The notes beneath the pieces are model-generated. The model worked only from the letters and a program-made list of their open reading frames with translations. It ran no database searches and was not told where the DNA came from. DNA of 64,000 bases from Vulcanimicrobiota bacterium (GTDB lineage: Bacteria > Vulcanimicrobiota > Vulcanimicrobiia > Vulcanimicrobiales > Vulcanimicrobiaceae), in assembly GCA_963743445.1 (NCBI GenBank), contig CAVUPL010000003.1:375984-439983 (forward strand), read 5' to 3'. Shown piece after piece: positions 62,363 to 64,000 of the stretch. A program made the translations under genes and the position numbers. The first letter of the stretch is position 1, and each line of letters begins with the position of its first letter.

Positions 62363-63460
62363 TTAGTAAACCGGCCGCGGCTCTCCCACTATCGGTTCGG
62401 GAGTTTGATATGGTTCCGGAATCGGAACCGGTACCGGACCCGGGATGCGAATCGGCGTTGGCTGTGGTCCGGAGATCGGAATCGGCGTTGGCTGTGGTCC
62501 GGAGATCGGAATCGGCGTTGGCTGTGGTCCGGAGATCGGAATGGGAGTCGGGCTCGGCTGGCCTTGCTCGTGCCCGTTTACCAACGTACCGCCAAGATCG
62601 ACGTCGTGAGCCGTGACGTCGACGTTGACACCCTTCCCTTCCGGCGTGAGCGTCGTCTCGATCTGGCCGCCGAAACCGTTTTGCGCGTTGACGCGCAGAG
62701 CGCCGCTTTGTTCGCAGGTGACCGATTCGCCGTCGCCGAGTTGCAACGTCTGTCCGCGAGCGATCGATATCGATTGCCCATAACTCGTGATCGACGGTTC
62801 GCCGTTATCGTTCATGCTGATCGTCGTCGCACCGTTATTCATCGAGACCGTTGCCGATTGGTTCCAAGTGACGCCCTGAGAGTTCGGCGGCGTGACCTGC
62901 GTCGAAATGCGAAAACCGCCCTGAAACGAATTGGAGTTGAGCAAATCGGGTTGAGAGGCCATGTTGTTCCACTTCGCGCCATTGAACGAAAGGTGCGGAT
63001 CGCCGTCGCTCGCGCCGGTCGCGTTCTGGAAGTAGCTCTCGTTGCCGTTGGGTGGACAGCCGCCGGAACCGTAGGGCGGACACCCGCCGGAACCGTAGGG
63101 CGGATAACTACCGGATCCGTAGGGCGGACAACCACCGGACCCGTACGGCGGACAGCCGCCCGAACCGTAAGGAGCGTTGCCTCCGTAACCCATCAACGAC
63201 TGCAGCATCTGCATCAGCTGTTGCAAGATGCCCATGAGAGGTGCGAAAACGTTTTGTAAGGCGCCGGAGTTCCCGTACTCGTCGCCGTACGGCGAGGCGG
63301 CGCTGCTTTCGTTGAACGAGGGTGGAACGAAACGCGAGATGTTGTCTCCCGCCGCCGGAGCCGCTGGACCCTGAAAAAGGGCGCCTTCGGCTTCCGCGTT
63401 TCCGGCCGGCGACGCGAGCGAATTGGGGCTGAGGGAGCCGTCGAGCGGCTGAACGTACAT
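62363..63460 (-). CDS. repeat protein with GDPH motif (MIIA/DUF1521-like autocleavage domain candidate)
   Basis: No signal peptide. Gln/Leu/Met helix LMGILQQLMQMLQSLMG, then 5x GCPPYGSG, then ASDGDPHLSFNGAKWNNM.., and a C-terminal 3x PQPTPIPISG. Confidence 0.7.
   Translation of the reverse strand: MYVQPLDGSLSPNSLASPAGNAEAEGALFQGPAAPAAGDNISRFVPPSFNESSAASPYGDEYGNSGALQNVFAPLMGILQQLMQMLQSLMGYGGNAPYGSGGCPPYGSGGCPPYGSGSYPPYGSGGCPPYGSGGCPPNGNESYFQNATGASDGDPHLSFNGAKWNNMASQPDLLNSNSFQGGFRISTQVTPPNSQGVTWNQSATVSMNNGATTISMNDNGEPSITSYGQSISIARGQTLQLGDGESVTCEQSGALRVNAQNGFGGQIETTLTPEGKGVNVDVTAHDVDLGGTLVNGHEQGQPSPTPIPISGPQPTPIPISGPQPTPIPISGPQPTPIRIPGPVPVPIPEPYQTPEPIVGEPRPVY
62449..62538 (-). repeat. 30-bp perfect tandem repeat x3 (coding, PQPTPIPISG)
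   Basis: GAATCGGCGTTGGCTGTGGTCCGGAGATCG occurs three times head-to-tail. Confidence 0.9.
63050..63169 (-). repeat. 24-bp imperfect tandem repeat x5 (coding, G(C/S)(P/Y)PYGSG)
   Basis: GGGCGGACA.CC.CCGGA.CCGTA units in frame. Confidence 0.85.
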
Positions 63461-63555
63461 GGTGAACCTCCGTCGTAGTAGCTGCGCTTCGAATCACGAC
63501 GAGGGCGCGCGACGACAAGGGGAGCCGAGCATTGTGGAAAAATCCGATTGTCAGG

Positions 63556-64000
63556 ATGAGCGAAACGCAAATAACGCAACTGACGCGCCTCACCGAACGC
63601 CTGGAGGCGCTCAAGGAGCGGCTTTGACGACGCAGGAAAACGACGGCGCATAGCCGAGCTCGACGAGCGCTCGCGTTCGCAAGAGTTCTGGAGCGATCCG
63701 GACTCGGCGCAGCGCGTCATGAAGGAGCTCGCCGAGTTGCGCGAACAGACGGCGTCGCTCGATGCCGTCGCCCACATTCTGAGCGATGCGCGCGAGATGC
63801 TTGGGCTCTTTGCGGACGATCCGGCGGCTGAGGGCGAAGCGGATCGTACGATCGCTTCTGCTACCGAATCGATCGAAGCGCTCGAGATGGCGGCCAGCTT
63901 CAGCGGCGAGTTCGACGCCCGCGACGCTATCGTCAGCATCTTCGCCGGTGCCGGCGGCGTGGATGCCGCGGATTGGACGGCGATGCTCGCCCGCATGTAT
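63556..64000 (+). CDS. prfB: peptide chain release factor 2, 5' part (requires +1 frameshift; runs off window)
   Basis: ORF0 is MSETQITQLTRLTERLEALKERL-TGA. The +1 frame continues DDAGKRRRIAELDERSRSQEFWSDPDSAQRVMKEL...IFAGAGGVDAADWTAMLARMY, which matches the RF2 N-domain and the start of the GGxDAxDW..ML.RMY region. Confidence 0.9.
63613..63628 (+). promoter_or_regulatory. prfB autoregulatory +1 frameshift site
   Basis: AAGGAG (internal SD-like), then CGG, then CTT TGA C. This is the same architecture as the canonical CUU UGA C site. Confidence 0.85.

Noticed and set aside
62449-63169. Regularly spaced direct repeats that might be mistaken for a CRISPR array
   Set aside because: The repeats are contiguous with no spacers, have periods of 30 and 24 nt that are multiples of 3, and lie inside a long ORF where they encode peptide repeats.

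Overview
High-GC bacterial chromosomal segment; the taxon cannot be identified from the sequence alone. Bases 1-45,200 form a paralog-rich, IS-ridden accessory region with three main components. (i) A plus-strand, operon-like block (1-7,472) carries a Zn-ribbon/HNH-like gene and a divergent family-B DNA polymerase of about 1,010 aa that is split by an IS110/IS1111-type element. (ii) About 25 secreted-lipoprotein genes of at least six unrelated folds are present: GloVer-type tandem-repeat proteins, two beta-propeller families, S53 sedolisin-like peptidases, PLC/AcpA-type phosphoesterases and a Gly-rich protein. Many of them share, at the nucleotide level, a promoter-like leader, a lipobox signal peptide and a GGSQPPIGAPGAMPQS linker. 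(iii) The region also holds two identical IS110-family copies, two near-identical inverted IS3-family copies bracketing four lipoprotein paralogs, REP-like palindromic units, four orphan signal-peptide cassettes and several decayed genes. Bases 45,200-64,000 look like ordinary metabolic and envelope genes (oxidoreductases, arylsulfatase, GNAT, cupin, VOC). They also include a GDPH (MIIA/DUF1521-like) repeat protein and the 5' part of prfB with its +1 frameshift site. No rRNA, tRNA or CRISPR array was found. All calls come from reading the six-frame translations and the DNA by eye; no database search was run.
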